Assembly: GCA_026413945.1 (NCBI GenBank)
Contig: JAOAJX010000006.1
Span: 20,519 to 84,518 of the forward strand
DNA from: Candidatus Iainarchaeum sp.
Lineage (GTDB): Archaea > Iainarchaeota > Iainarchaeia > Iainarchaeales > DTGL01
DNA length: 64,000 bases
Direction: 5' to 3'
Each line of letters starts with the position of its first letter. The stretch's first letter is position 1. This document shows positions 30,101-40,500 of this stretch, piece after piece. The notes beneath the pieces were generated by a model. It was not told where the DNA came from. It did no database searches and saw nothing but the letters and a program-made list of their open reading frames with translations. Made by a program: the position numbers and the translations under genes.

Positions 30101-33100
30101 AATTAACCCCGCCAACTCTTGACTTGGAGCTGCAACCAGAAAGTCGTGAAGAAGCAGAGCTTATTTTTAGAATTGAAAACCAAGCGCCTTTCAAGTTGAA
30201 AATTGGTGCAATAAGTATTGATGGCCTAGAAGATCTTGTAGTTGTGGGTGATATCTCTTCGTATATTGGTAAAGAAATTGCTCCGAGCAAAAGTTTAGAC
30301 GTAAAACTCAAGGCCAAATTAAGTGATAAAGGTAAAAATATAGATGTAACAAAAGAGCTTTTGGGTGCAATATCTGTCACCACTGAAAGTTCATCACCAG
30401 CCAAGGAATGGACCGGATCTATTGAGCTAAGGGTGAGAATAAAGCTTGGCTCAGCACTTGACAGCATAAAGTGCTTAGCTGTTGAGCCATCATCTTGGGA
30501 AATAAAAAGTTATGGCGAACAGAAAAAGCTTACCTTAACAATAAAAAATAACTGCACAGTCCAGGGCATACCTGTGCCACTCAAGGAATTAAATGCTAAG
30601 GTTAGATGGCTTGGTGAGAGCGCAATTGGCAACTTCCAAATAAGTGGAGACGATCTCGAAACAACAGAAATTGAAACACAATGGACAACAATAAGTGATT
30701 CATTGGCTAAAAGTGAAGAGCGGGAATTCATTTTGTTCTTTAATCCAAGCGCTCAACTGACAAGTGCGAATGCTCAGCCAAAGATAGAGTTCTCAGCAAA
30801 TTATTATTCAGATAAAGGCATAGATAAGCCGAAAGCAACTATGAACATAAGCATAAGCGTAAATAATTTGCTCAAATGTTTGCAGATCGTAAGGCCTCAG
30901 GGCATAGAGCTTAAGACTTGTGGCTTTGACACGGGATGGGGTCTTAATACAAAATACTTTGACAGAGATCCTTACGAGGCAGCGCAGCAACAGCAGTATT
31001 TCGCATGGCCCACTGTGCAGTATATACCACCGTGGCAGACATCAGCACAAGGGCAAAGCACCCAATGGAAATGCACATCAGATAGCGCTGACATAATCAT
31101 AGATAATTCTTGCGCCCAGGACGTTGATATAACTGTGCAGGCCGATTCTGGTCTTATTGCAAAGCCAACATCTTTGAAGGTAAATGCAAACTCATCGAAA
31201 AGCTTCAAAATTGAGCCAGCTACAGCTAAAGGCCAATTTAATGTTAAAGTCCTTGCAAAGTTTAGTTCATCAAGCAAAAGAGCTGAAGAAATAGACAACT
31301 TTGCTGTCAAGGTTGTAAGACATGATGAAATGCTAGAGGAATGTTTGCCAATAATAGAGCCAAGGACTTTAAGAGCTAACTTTCTTGGCTGGCAGCACAC
31401 AGTTGCAAAGATATATAACAAGTGTTACCACCTCGGTTATGCTTTAAGCCAGCTTAAGCTTAGCAACATACATTGTTATTCACCTTCAAGCAAAGGCACA
31501 TCGCTTGAGGGACCATGCCCAATGATAAAAAATATGGTAATTGCAAATACTGAAACAAAAAAGGTTTCAGAAAGAGAAGAATGGGAAATTATGGAAGTGC
31601 ACCTATGGTTTGATCCCAGCATAAAGGAAGTCAACCCAATTGACTTTGAAGGATCTGCTGAAGAAGTAATAGGTAACATAAGGGTCATAGCAACAGACCA
31701 GTATATGGCTGCTGTATCACCGGGAATAATTTCGGTTCCAATGAAAGTACCAATGTTGGGAGAAAAGTACTTCCCGGTAAGCGTCACATTTGAGAATCCC
31801 CTTGCATGGCTTGGCCTTTTAGGTGGCCTTTTAAATAAAGGCTCAGACAAGCTCGAGCCAGCACAATGCATAAACCCAAATGCATTAATAGTTCCAGAGC
31901 CACTCACAGACGATCACTTTGTTGATGATTTGTTTATATGGAAGGAAAGCCCGCCTGTGACTGAGTTAGTGCTACCATATGCTAGATCAAACGAAGAAGT
32001 TAATCCATCTGGTGAAGGTGGAAGGGCTTTTTGTGGGAAGGACGACTATATAAGCAACGTTGGCTTTAACTCATGGGAAGACCCTAAGTCGGGTGTGCGC
32101 CTTTACTTTGAGCTCACAAACGACAAGCATCATATTGTAATGAAAGTAGACAGAAGTAAAATGATAACTGAGTGCGCGAGGATAAATATTGAGCTTCCAA
32201 TCAAGGTAACAAGAGTTTACTACAAAAAAGGCACACAAGAAGTAAAGCTTAAAGTATCTGTAAATGTATTGAACAAAGGAATTTCACAGCTTTCAGATGG
32301 TTGTGAAAACAGGGCTGCTAGGCTCAACGTCATGCCTAGCTGGGGCGTAATAAAGCCATGTGATGGCGAGGATAAATATGAGAAGTATGGCTTTGACCGG
32401 CTTCTGTTTACATGGCGTACGGATGATATAACTACAAAAACTTGCGAACCTGAACCAAAAGGTGATGGTTATTTCTGCGATGGTGCGCAGTTTGTAATGC
32501 AGACTGCAGCCAAAATAAGAAAGATAAACCAAAGGGTAAGTGAGATAAATACAAGGTTGCCAGCTGAATATCAGGCAGCTGTTTCTGTAATAGGCAAGAG
32601 TCCAGAATTAGTGCAAGAAATAAATTCATCTGAAGGGAAACTATATAAGATTTTCAAGTCGCAGTTCATACTGCGTGACGATGTCTCAAACAGCAGTGCA
32701 CTTGTTTTTGTTTCCAAAGAAGGCCTTTTGCTAGGCCAACCGCCATTGCCTCAAGAAGCTTGCAGTGCATCACACATAGAGACTACTCTTAGTAACATAA
32801 TAAAGGCACCTCAAAATGAGCTCGGTGCGATAGACGCAATGAATATTTCATTCGCACAATTCGAAGCCCTTTTAGCAAAATGCTATGGTAATGACATTGG
32901 TATGGGAAATGCGGTTGCTTTAACTTCAAAGGAAATCGATTATATTTCTGATGTTCAAAACATATGGAGCAACATTAGGAAAGTAGCAGATGAGATAAAG
33001 CTTCCGAGACAAAATGCATATGCTCTTACATTTTCAGAATATCTTACCATACACGAACAATTAACCGCTGGAGTAAAAGCAAACATTGTTCAGAAAAACA

Positions 33101-34437
33101 GAAGTGCACCCATAACCGTAAACATTGGTCAAACTTCCATAACTGCTACGGAACAAGAATGGACAAAGTTCCTATTAGAATATAGCAAACGCACCACTTT
33201 TATGCTTGTAGTTATGAATAAGCCAGGCCTTTCTCAAGCAATGGAAGAATATATAAGAATAAGAGCTCAAGACATCCTCGGTAAAACAGAGGAAGAAAGC
33301 CTTATAGCAAGTGCAGAAGCATATCTCAAAACAGATAACCTAAGCCGCGCACTTATAGAAGACCTCGACAAAGGAAACGAAACACTCAAAATGCTTGGTC
33401 TCAAAGTTGATCAGCTTGAATTCAAACGCTACGAAGATATTAATTTTAAAGATGAAATTTCCCAGAAAAGGACAGAATGTGGCGTAGTTTCTGGCAAATA
33501 TTTTTACAGAATTGAGCCGAAGATTGCTATTGATTATGCAAGCAACCCGCCAAAGATAATTGTTATGCAATACATTGTAAAGCTAGCACTTACAGAATCA
33601 CTCGAAGCCATTGACAAAAGAAAAGGAACTAAGTTTTCAGAAAATCCTCTGATGTATATGTCATTTGATGGAGAAATAGGTAAAGAAAGTGTTGGTGCAA
33701 ACTACGGTGTTGGTATAACACTAGCAGGTGCAGTACCTTCTGAGCTGTTCTATAATGAACACGGCGAACGCATTTATCCGAGAAAGCCGGGCGTCGCGCC
33801 ATTGTCATTCTCCTATAATGGGAAATTTGAAAAGAGCAGGACTGGTGTTTTAGTTAGCATAGACCTTAAGTCAAAAAAGATGGAGTATATACCAAGCTAT
33901 CCTTTTATGCTGAGAATTATCTCGAAAAATGAAGGTCAAAATGTGGTATATTACAGATTGAGCAATAGAGAATATTATGGGGATATCAAGGAGCTTTTCG
34001 TTTGGCACCAGCCAAGTGAATCAAATACTGAAGGCACTGAAGCAAAGCCTTTTAGTGTCGACAGCTTTGGTATGCAAGAGCCAGATAGCTTTTGCTCTGG
34101 TTGGTCACAAAAAACAGAGGCAGCAAAGCTTATTATCGGACAAGGTGCTTGGTTTGCCATGAGCTATGTTCCTTCAAGGGCCGCAAATGAATACCTCAAG
34201 CTTGAGCTTATTTGTGCAAAAAATCCCGTTGTTTTAAGCACAGTCACTTACGAAGGCCAAGAGTACAGCACCTCTGAAAGCCGTGGAGTCGAAGGTGGCA
34301 CCGTAAGAATAATAGACACTGCAAGGCAGCCATCGCTTAAAGAATATATTGAGAAGATTGAAACAGGAGAGATATGCATAGAAAATATCAGCAGGACACA
34401 ACTAAAGCTAAGATGGAATCCAGCAATATTTGGGTAG
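27118..34437 (+). CDS. Giant membrane-anchored surface protein B (2439 aa)
   Basis: Signal anchor, carboxypeptidase-regulatory-like repeats, motifs KWVEMEW, RDPKDNILG, LYAAT, YFCDGAQ, YMSFDGEIG, and C-terminal ICI...RWNP. Confidence 0.85.
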   Translation: MPFTEALKEKWENFKFWLEEHNIPIPLFFILVILAIVALAYFLITMFLPTEEVYYSLKITVLDRQNQPISNATVTIKSEFFKEKTEKTDSRGRASFELPAKKEFTAIATYQEKSASLKMSLESDREEKIVLPIEIVTYADKKVIFYKGETSEKATEIKDFSAYCSKAEWNKNLLASGGEATLEKIPSDCGTLTLRIGSEIYTTTDVSARPFEVRVKSIATKGSILAIIKSLETGLAVGAGEVSVSLINEFGITIEGPLPSSAAGSVTFTDIEPGKYAVSVSGAGKYKSTTSEYKELKGAGQVIFDVSLQPAEKVYNIKVRVSDTKSQPVKAMLELRDLSNNIIVQSRYADDKGEYTFKVDENKSYNLIVKVGEWVENFNVRPSESFYDITYDESKLSKCATLFVYVKDSEEKALEKAKVEIFKKSNESAGLQCSTGADGKCEFYNLPEGLYYAKASFANYPPVQSGIFEAKANMQKPIEVVIKIEIPKAQFEFVVYGENDERLQSVNITAYDSASSNILGESKTDTNGVGKISVLAGLKPYFVIDAEDSDYLPYITMPMSAIFGIKTTREIRLVRGKTLKIIFDGLKSQDGNAEKTLSAGSAYNAKFRLIVPNKGYTSAGIFVISGNDISGKTNLMEEDTTYLGGIKTSATRISRGTSYTPPTGTATDLESATNENAKWVEMEWSLSRLGVSGGVFEAEVEYFVKEGISAGELAKIGYRGYAQADSVDRDPKDNILGNKKNSPEKHALYAATYSLVYSVGETNLCDGKFCKSFSIEDIQRRTKSFVTDTYSAQLNSNYRLSFVINRQAGSSGNATLRIFDEQRAFSYGKYEVIIPDGSEQKGTAEKELLVNLGSFRQNSSVSGTLQFSTLKEGDIPLKILIEDASGIVFEHVITIKVAPARELSLDVVPKILIALVDNEVLFRFTDKNTGEPESNVSVTLYLDDKIIASGITDYDGVLPYKIESPSAGSVLKVVGRKTGFRKLVQEIKIESSALKLTPPTLDLELQPESREEAELIFRIENQAPFKLKIGAISIDGLEDLVVVGDISSYIGKEIAPSKSLDVKLKAKLSDKGKNIDVTKELLGAISVTTESSSPAKEWTGSIELRVRIKLGSALDSIKCLAVEPSSWEIKSYGEQKKLTLTIKNNCTVQGIPVPLKELNAKVRWLGESAIGNFQISGDDLETTEIETQWTTISDSLAKSEEREFILFFNPSAQLTSANAQPKIEFSANYYSDKGIDKPKATMNISISVNNLLKCLQIVRPQGIELKTCGFDTGWGLNTKYFDRDPYEAAQQQQYFAWPTVQYIPPWQTSAQGQSTQWKCTSDSADIIIDNSCAQDVDITVQADSGLIAKPTSLKVNANSSKSFKIEPATAKGQFNVKVLAKFSSSSKRAEEIDNFAVKVVRHDEMLEECLPIIEPRTLRANFLGWQHTVAKIYNKCYHLGYALSQLKLSNIHCYSPSSKGTSLEGPCPMIKNMVIANTETKKVSEREEWEIMEVHLWFDPSIKEVNPIDFEGSAEEVIGNIRVIATDQYMAAVSPGIISVPMKVPMLGEKYFPVSVTFENPLAWLGLLGGLLNKGSDKLEPAQCINPNALIVPEPLTDDHFVDDLFIWKESPPVTELVLPYARSNEEVNPSGEGGRAFCGKDDYISNVGFNSWEDPKSGVRLYFELTNDKHHIVMKVDRSKMITECARINIELPIKVTRVYYKKGTQEVKLKVSVNVLNKGISQLSDGCENRAARLNVMPSWGVIKPCDGEDKYEKYGFDRLLFTWRTDDITTKTCEPEPKGDGYFCDGAQFVMQTAAKIRKINQRVSEINTRLPAEYQAAVSVIGKSPELVQEINSSEGKLYKIFKSQFILRDDVSNSSALVFVSKEGLLLGQPPLPQEACSASHIETTLSNIIKAPQNELGAIDAMNISFAQFEALLAKCYGNDIGMGNAVALTSKEIDYISDVQNIWSNIRKVADEIKLPRQNAYALTFSEYLTIHEQLTAGVKANIVQKNRSAPITVNIGQTSITATEQEWTKFLLEYSKRTTFMLVVMNKPGLSQAMEEYIRIRAQDILGKTEEESLIASAEAYLKTDNLSRALIEDLDKGNETLKMLGLKVDQLEFKRYEDINFKDEISQKRTECGVVSGKYFYRIEPKIAIDYASNPPKIIVMQYIVKLALTESLEAIDKRKGTKFSENPLMYMSFDGEIGKESVGANYGVGITLAGAVPSELFYNEHGERIYPRKPGVAPLSFSYNGKFEKSRTGVLVSIDLKSKKMEYIPSYPFMLRIISKNEGQNVVYYRLSNREYYGDIKELFVWHQPSESNTEGTEAKPFSVDSFGMQEPDSFCSGWSQKTEAAKLIIGQGAWFAMSYVPSRAANEYLKLELICAKNPVVLSTVTYEGQEYSTSESRGVEGGTVRIIDTARQPSLKEYIEKIETGEICIENISRTQLKLRWNPAIFG

Positions 34438-34511
34438 TGCGAATTATAAAAGCTTAGTCAATAAACAAAAAATATATTAATATTAGAGGCGTATTAAAGT
34501 TAGGGATATCT

Positions 34512-37500
34512 ATGGGAATAATGAGTTCTTTGCGTGAATTTTATTACCATTTAGAGGATCGCTACTATGAAGTAATAGACAAAATAAGCACTAAAATACC
34601 CATAAACAAATTAACAGATGCTATTGACAAAGTTTTTCCTTCATTTATTCTTTTTATAATACTTTTATTTGTACTTTTAGCAGCTTTAGTGCTTTTTTTA
34701 ATTCCATCCGTGGTAATTCCAAAAGATGTCGCATTAAATGTTTTTGTACAGTATCAAGACAGGTTTGGTGCAAAAAGACCTCTTGAGGGCGCAAAAATTG
34801 AGATAATCGTTGGTGAAAAGGTTCATAGGATAACAACATCAGAAAATGGAAAAATTCAGCCAATAATCCTCAAACCAAAAAGTGAAGTAATACTGCGCGT
34901 TTCAAAGGATGGTTTTAAGCCAAACCCGGCTGAGAAAAGCATAACGATGGAGGATGAAAATGCACAGGTAAGCTTTTTGCTTACAGAGATAATAAAGACA
35001 CAGAGCATTAGCTTCAAGATTATAGATGAAAATACAAAAAGCCCAATAGTGAAGCGCGTATCATTATCATTTGAGTGCTCAAACAAAAAAGCAAATCCGC
35101 CAAAAGCTGCTGAAAAATACACTGATTATAGCGGCAGTATCCAAATAGATGATGTTGAGATTGACTGCTTACCATTGCTAGTAACGGTAAATGCGCAGGA
35201 GTACGAAACAGCAGAAAATGTCAGTGTTAGAGATGGTACCACAATAGCTTTGAGGAAAGTTGTAGAGCTTAAGCCGGTAGAACAAAAGGGCAGGCTAATT
35301 GTAAATGTCACCTTTAGAGGTGAGTTGCCAGAAGAGAATATTATTGTTGATCTTGAAAAGGATACTGGTGCAGCCCCAATTTTTATGGAATCTGGAGTTA
35401 CTAGCAGTGGCCAAGTTGTTTTTGAAGTCTTGCCTGGTAAATACCGAGTAAGAACAAAGGCAACTGCAAATTATAGTGTTGCGGAATCACAATTTATAAA
35501 TGTTGGTGCAAACGAGAATAGGTCAATCAGCTTAGAAATTCAGAAGATAATAATTGGCAGTATAAAGATACAAGTTTTTGATAAAGACAACTCAAAGCCA
35601 TTAGCAAATGCCAGAGTAACATTAATTAAAGATAATACTCAGTTTGCATGCGCAGATACAAATGCTGAAGGCAGAGCTGATTTCCATCTATCCAAAGACG
35701 AAAATTTCTTGCTTGTCGTTGATCATCCTGATTACTGTGTTTATCGCCTTAGAGATGTGAGAAAATCGGATAGCATTCTTAGAATAGGCCTTGTAAAATA
35801 CACTCAAGATTGTGGCGGCTCCATATCAGTAAAGGTTATCGACTTTGAAAAGCGTGCCATTTCAGGTGCAAAGGTTGCTGCCTTTGATGAAAACGGTAGC
35901 AGCCTTGGGCTAAAAGAGTTGATAACAGACATAAACGGCATCGCGGTATTCAAAGGGTTTTATCTCGGAAGATACAAATTCTTCGCATATAAGGGCTTTG
36001 GAAGCAGCTGGAGCGATATTATTGAGTTCTCGCCAAGATTGGGCACTGAACATGAAGCAGTGATCGTATTAAGCATCCCTAAGGCAACTCTAAAACTGAA
36101 AGTAACTAATGATGGTGGTGAAGGCCTTCCATTTAGTGATGTTATTGTAAAAGATGCATACACTGATAAAGTAATAAAGGGGCCACTAAAAATTGAAAAT
36201 ATTGGTGGAGATATTGACATAAACATAGATGCCGGCTTTTCTTTCTATTTGTATATAAACAACCCAGATTACGCACCATACATAAGCGAAAGAATAGTGC
36301 TTAAGCCAGAAGAGCAGAGGCAAATGCATGTAAAGCTTGAGCCAAAGAGAATAAGTGGCGAAATAGCCATTGAATTCTTAGGCCTTTTTAAAGATGGGCA
36401 AAATGCTGTTGTGCTTGCAGCTGGAAAAGAATACATGGCAAAGTTTAAGGTTTCTGTCCCAGAATCTGCACAATATGATAAATTCGGGGTGCATCTACGA
36501 GTTGGAAAATACAATATAATGGAAAAAGACTTCTTGTTCATAAAAGAAATTTATGCTGGCGGAAACCCAAAAATTATTCGGGGCATTTCATATAGCCCAG
36601 AGCAAGGCATGGGTCATGATTTCAGTCTATTGAGCACTGAAAGTGCAAAATGGGTTAATCTTGAATGGACAAGATTGAGTGGTGGCACCATTTATGTTTA
36701 CGCAAAAGTTAAGGTAAAAGAATCCGCATCCTCTGAAGAGCTAAAAGTAATGTGGCGTGCTTGGGGCCTTAGAAAAGGTTTAATGGTAAGAGATCCTGAA
36801 GATATGGCTTTAGGCAATGCTATGAGCGATGCAGAGCTTTATGCGAAAACGTATGAGCGTATTTATAATGTAGGAGAAGAAAAGCTTTGCACAGATAAGT
36901 GGTGCACTGTTTTCAAAGCACTTGATATTGAGGAAAATGTTGCAACATATATTGATGGAAGCTATACTGCAAAAGTTGGAAAACCTTACAAGCTATACTT
37001 TAGTATAGCAAACAGTAGCAAATTTGAAACTGACACTTTTACAAATGTCAAGCTGAAGATATTTAATACTGAAAAAAACATAACCTTTGGAAACTACATT
37101 GTTTATGGAGAAACGGTTGTTAAAGGCAGTGCTAATGCAAATGAAACACCATACATTGAAGTGGGAAATATAAAGCCAAATAATGAAATTCATGGTGAGA
37201 TAGAATTTTCGCCAAAATCAGGCAAATTTGGAAGCATAAATTTACGCTTGCACGATCCAACAAAGCATGCGCACATATTCGAAGAAACCATTGCGGTTAG
37301 CATAATTGCGGCAAGAAACTTCACGATTGACTTTAAGGTTGGTGAAAGCTTTCAGTCAGAGGCGCCTCTGCTGCCAAGCGGTGTTGAGAATACAATTATT
37401 GCTAGAATAAGGGACAAACAATCTGGGCTAGAAGTGTCGGATGCTATAGTTAAGGTTAAGGACTCTACTGGCAACACTATAATACAAACCTTTACAGGCT

Positions 37501-40500
37501 CTTTAGGCCTTGCAGAAATAAAGCTTCCTTCGCTCATGCCAGATGAAAAATTAGTGCTTACTGCAGAAAAGCCAGATTATGAAGAAGCAAGGAAAGAAAT
37601 ACGCACTGATGGAAATGTTATTAATCTTGAGCCAGCAGAGATAGGCCTACAGCTTAATGTTTTCACAAAAAGGGAAGACAGCGTAGTTGTGAGAATCTTA
37701 AACAAAACAGCAATGACGCTCAAGCTTAGGGCAATTAAGCTTTCGGGAGAATTCTATGGAATAATTGACGAGCGGAAAGTTAGGGATTGGCTAGTTGGTG
37801 AATATGTAGGCAAGGAGATAGGGCCCAAAGGTAAGTTAGATATCGCACTAAAGGTTTCGCTAAGCGATTATGGAAAAACTATTAATGAAGTCAAGAACCT
37901 TGAGGGTCTGGTAACAGCAAGCGTCTCCACTTCCTCTGCCTATGGTCACGAGTGGCATGCTGATAGCAAAGTCAAAATCTCTGTTGGAATAGGCGGTGAA
38001 GTTGATGATCCTTCATGCCTTATTGCCAGCATAAAAGAATGGAAAGCAAAAACAAAAAGCAACGAGGTAAGCACTGATTTTTCTGTTAAAAACAACTGCA
38101 CTCTCGAAGGAAAGCCTATAGCACTCAAAAACTTAAGTGCAAAAATTGAGCTTAAAGGCAACCGGCTTGGAAGCTATTATGTGAAAATTGGCGACGTTGG
38201 CATAGAACTAAGCAACGCATACCCTAAAATATTGAAAGGAACTTTAAACCCAGAAGAAACTTTACCTGCCCTATTATCATTTGCTCCAGACGGTGGCATT
38301 GTCGGAACTGCAAAGGCAACTATTATAATAACTGCAGAACATTACACTAATAAAGGAAAGCAGACTTTGAGCACAAGCATAGAGACTGAAATAGAGATGA
38401 TAAGCTTAGAGAATTGTATAAGATATGATAAAAGTCTCATAAGGATAGTTGATCATAACAGTGCAACTTTGAAAATAGAAACTAAAGGTTGCAAGGTGCC
38501 AATTGACTTTATGCTTGATACTAAAATTGCGGTTTCTGAAAAAGAGTTTAACATGAAGGCTGATGATAATAAAGAATTAATAGTAATGCCTTCTCAGGAA
38601 GACATACCTGGACAGTATCCAATATATGTGATGGTAAAAAGTGCTAACGACAGCGAATATTCTTTCAACAAGCTTATAAGGGTAATTATAGAGCCCAAAG
38701 GCTGCTTAAAATTGAACCGCTATGAGTTTGACATATACGACGATGCAAATAACCCATATGATGGCTTTGATACTGCTCTTTTAATGAATGAATGCTATAA
38801 AAGGACTGAAAAGATAAGTATAAGCTATGATGAGCGTGACTGGTGGGAAGCAATAAAAACCGGCGCAGTATGGGGCCTTGTAGGTTTTGTCTATGGTGGC
38901 GTAAGGTCACTTGCAGCAGGCAAAACTTTCTTTGGCACAGAAAGGCCTTCTAATGTTTGCAGCAAAGCAGGCTATAAATACTGTGGAACTAAAAATCTAT
39001 GCAAAGATGAACGTGTAGTAGTAGTTAATAATGTAACATGCTGTGCATCCGAGTGCATAACAGAAGAAACAGGTCTTCATAAAGACATTTGCAGCAAAAA
39101 AGGGTATAATTACTGTGGCGCAGGCAATTGTGATTTAACACAAGGTAAAGAGACGGTAGTAGATGGGGTTGTATGCTGCACAGGTAAATGTAAAACAGGA
39201 ACTATTGAGAAACCTGAAAATATTTGCAAGTCGGCAGGCAAATATTTCTGCAAGACTGACGAAATATGCCCAGATGCAGCATACGTTGTTGTTGGTGATG
39301 TAACATGCTGTGGAAAACCATGTGCAAAAGGTCAGATTGCTAAGCCACCGATAACTCAGCCAACAACAGCAACTGTAAAACCACCTTCAGGACAAAAAAC
39401 AGACGAAGAACTATGTAAGGAATATTATCCAAATTCGCGCAAAATTACTTCTCAGGAAGAGTGTCACCCAAATTGTACATTTAGCAGACAAACTGCGGAA
39501 AGGTTAGTGAAATGTTGCAAGAATGACTGCACCGGCACAGAAAAGCCACCAACTGATGGTACAACAGAGGGGGGAAAGCCACCCTCTGAAACAGGCGCAC
39601 CTATTGAAGGACCAACCATACCAGATTGCTACAACACTGAGCTTGAATGTGCTGCAAAGGCATGGAAAAAGACAACTTTGCTTACTGGTGGTTGTGACTG
39701 CTATGCAGCAATAAATTGCATATATGACGAGTTTGGAAAGTGTTATAGGTTTGGGTATTGTAATAACAGCAAATGCACAACTCAAGGCACGACAGGCCCA
39801 AGTGAGCCCGTGGAAGGAGAATGTAAAATAGAGGGTTATTTCTGTAAAGGAACGGTAATGTATTGGAGAGATAGTTGCGGAAATGAAGGCATACAGATGG
39901 ACTGTGCAGAATCTGGTGCCATATGTGAAGCTGGAAATTGTGTATTACAGGAAGGTTGCAAACTTGAAGGTTACTTCTGTCAAGGAACTGTTTTACATTG
40001 GAAAGATAGCTGTGGTAATACGGGTGTTGAGAGAGACTGTGCAGATGCTGGAGGAATATGTCAGAATGGGAATTGTGTTGCTGCTGAAAGTGGTTGCCAG
40101 CGCATTGGTTACTTCTGTCAAGGAACTGTTTTACATTGGAAAGATAGCTGTGGTAATACGGGTGTTGAGAGAGACTGTGCAGATGCTGGAGGAATATGTC
40201 AGAATGGTAATTGTGTTGCTGCTGAAGGCAGCAGCAGTGGTACCACTCAACCGCCTTCAGGCGATGTTTGTATTGGTTGCCATGAAACATTGTCCAAATG
40301 CCAAAAAGCTAATGGTGCAGGCATCGCTAGGATATGTGATTGTGAGCTTGCTGTTACATGTGAATATGTGCCATCTTGTTCTGTAGCAACGCCGTGCTAC
40401 AGATTCAAGAGCTGTAACAACAGTTTTTGCTCTTTAGGTAGTAGTGGAAGAAAAATGAATGAGGAAGGTATGATAAGAAAGGTTGTCGCTGCCAATTCTT

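Noticed and set aside
39969-40226. Near-identical 120-bp pair as a DGR template/variable repeat or a CRISPR array
   Set aside because: The copies are in frame and tandem inside a CDS, with one synonymous G/T mismatch that is not adenine-specific. No reverse transcriptase, spacers or cas genes are in the window.
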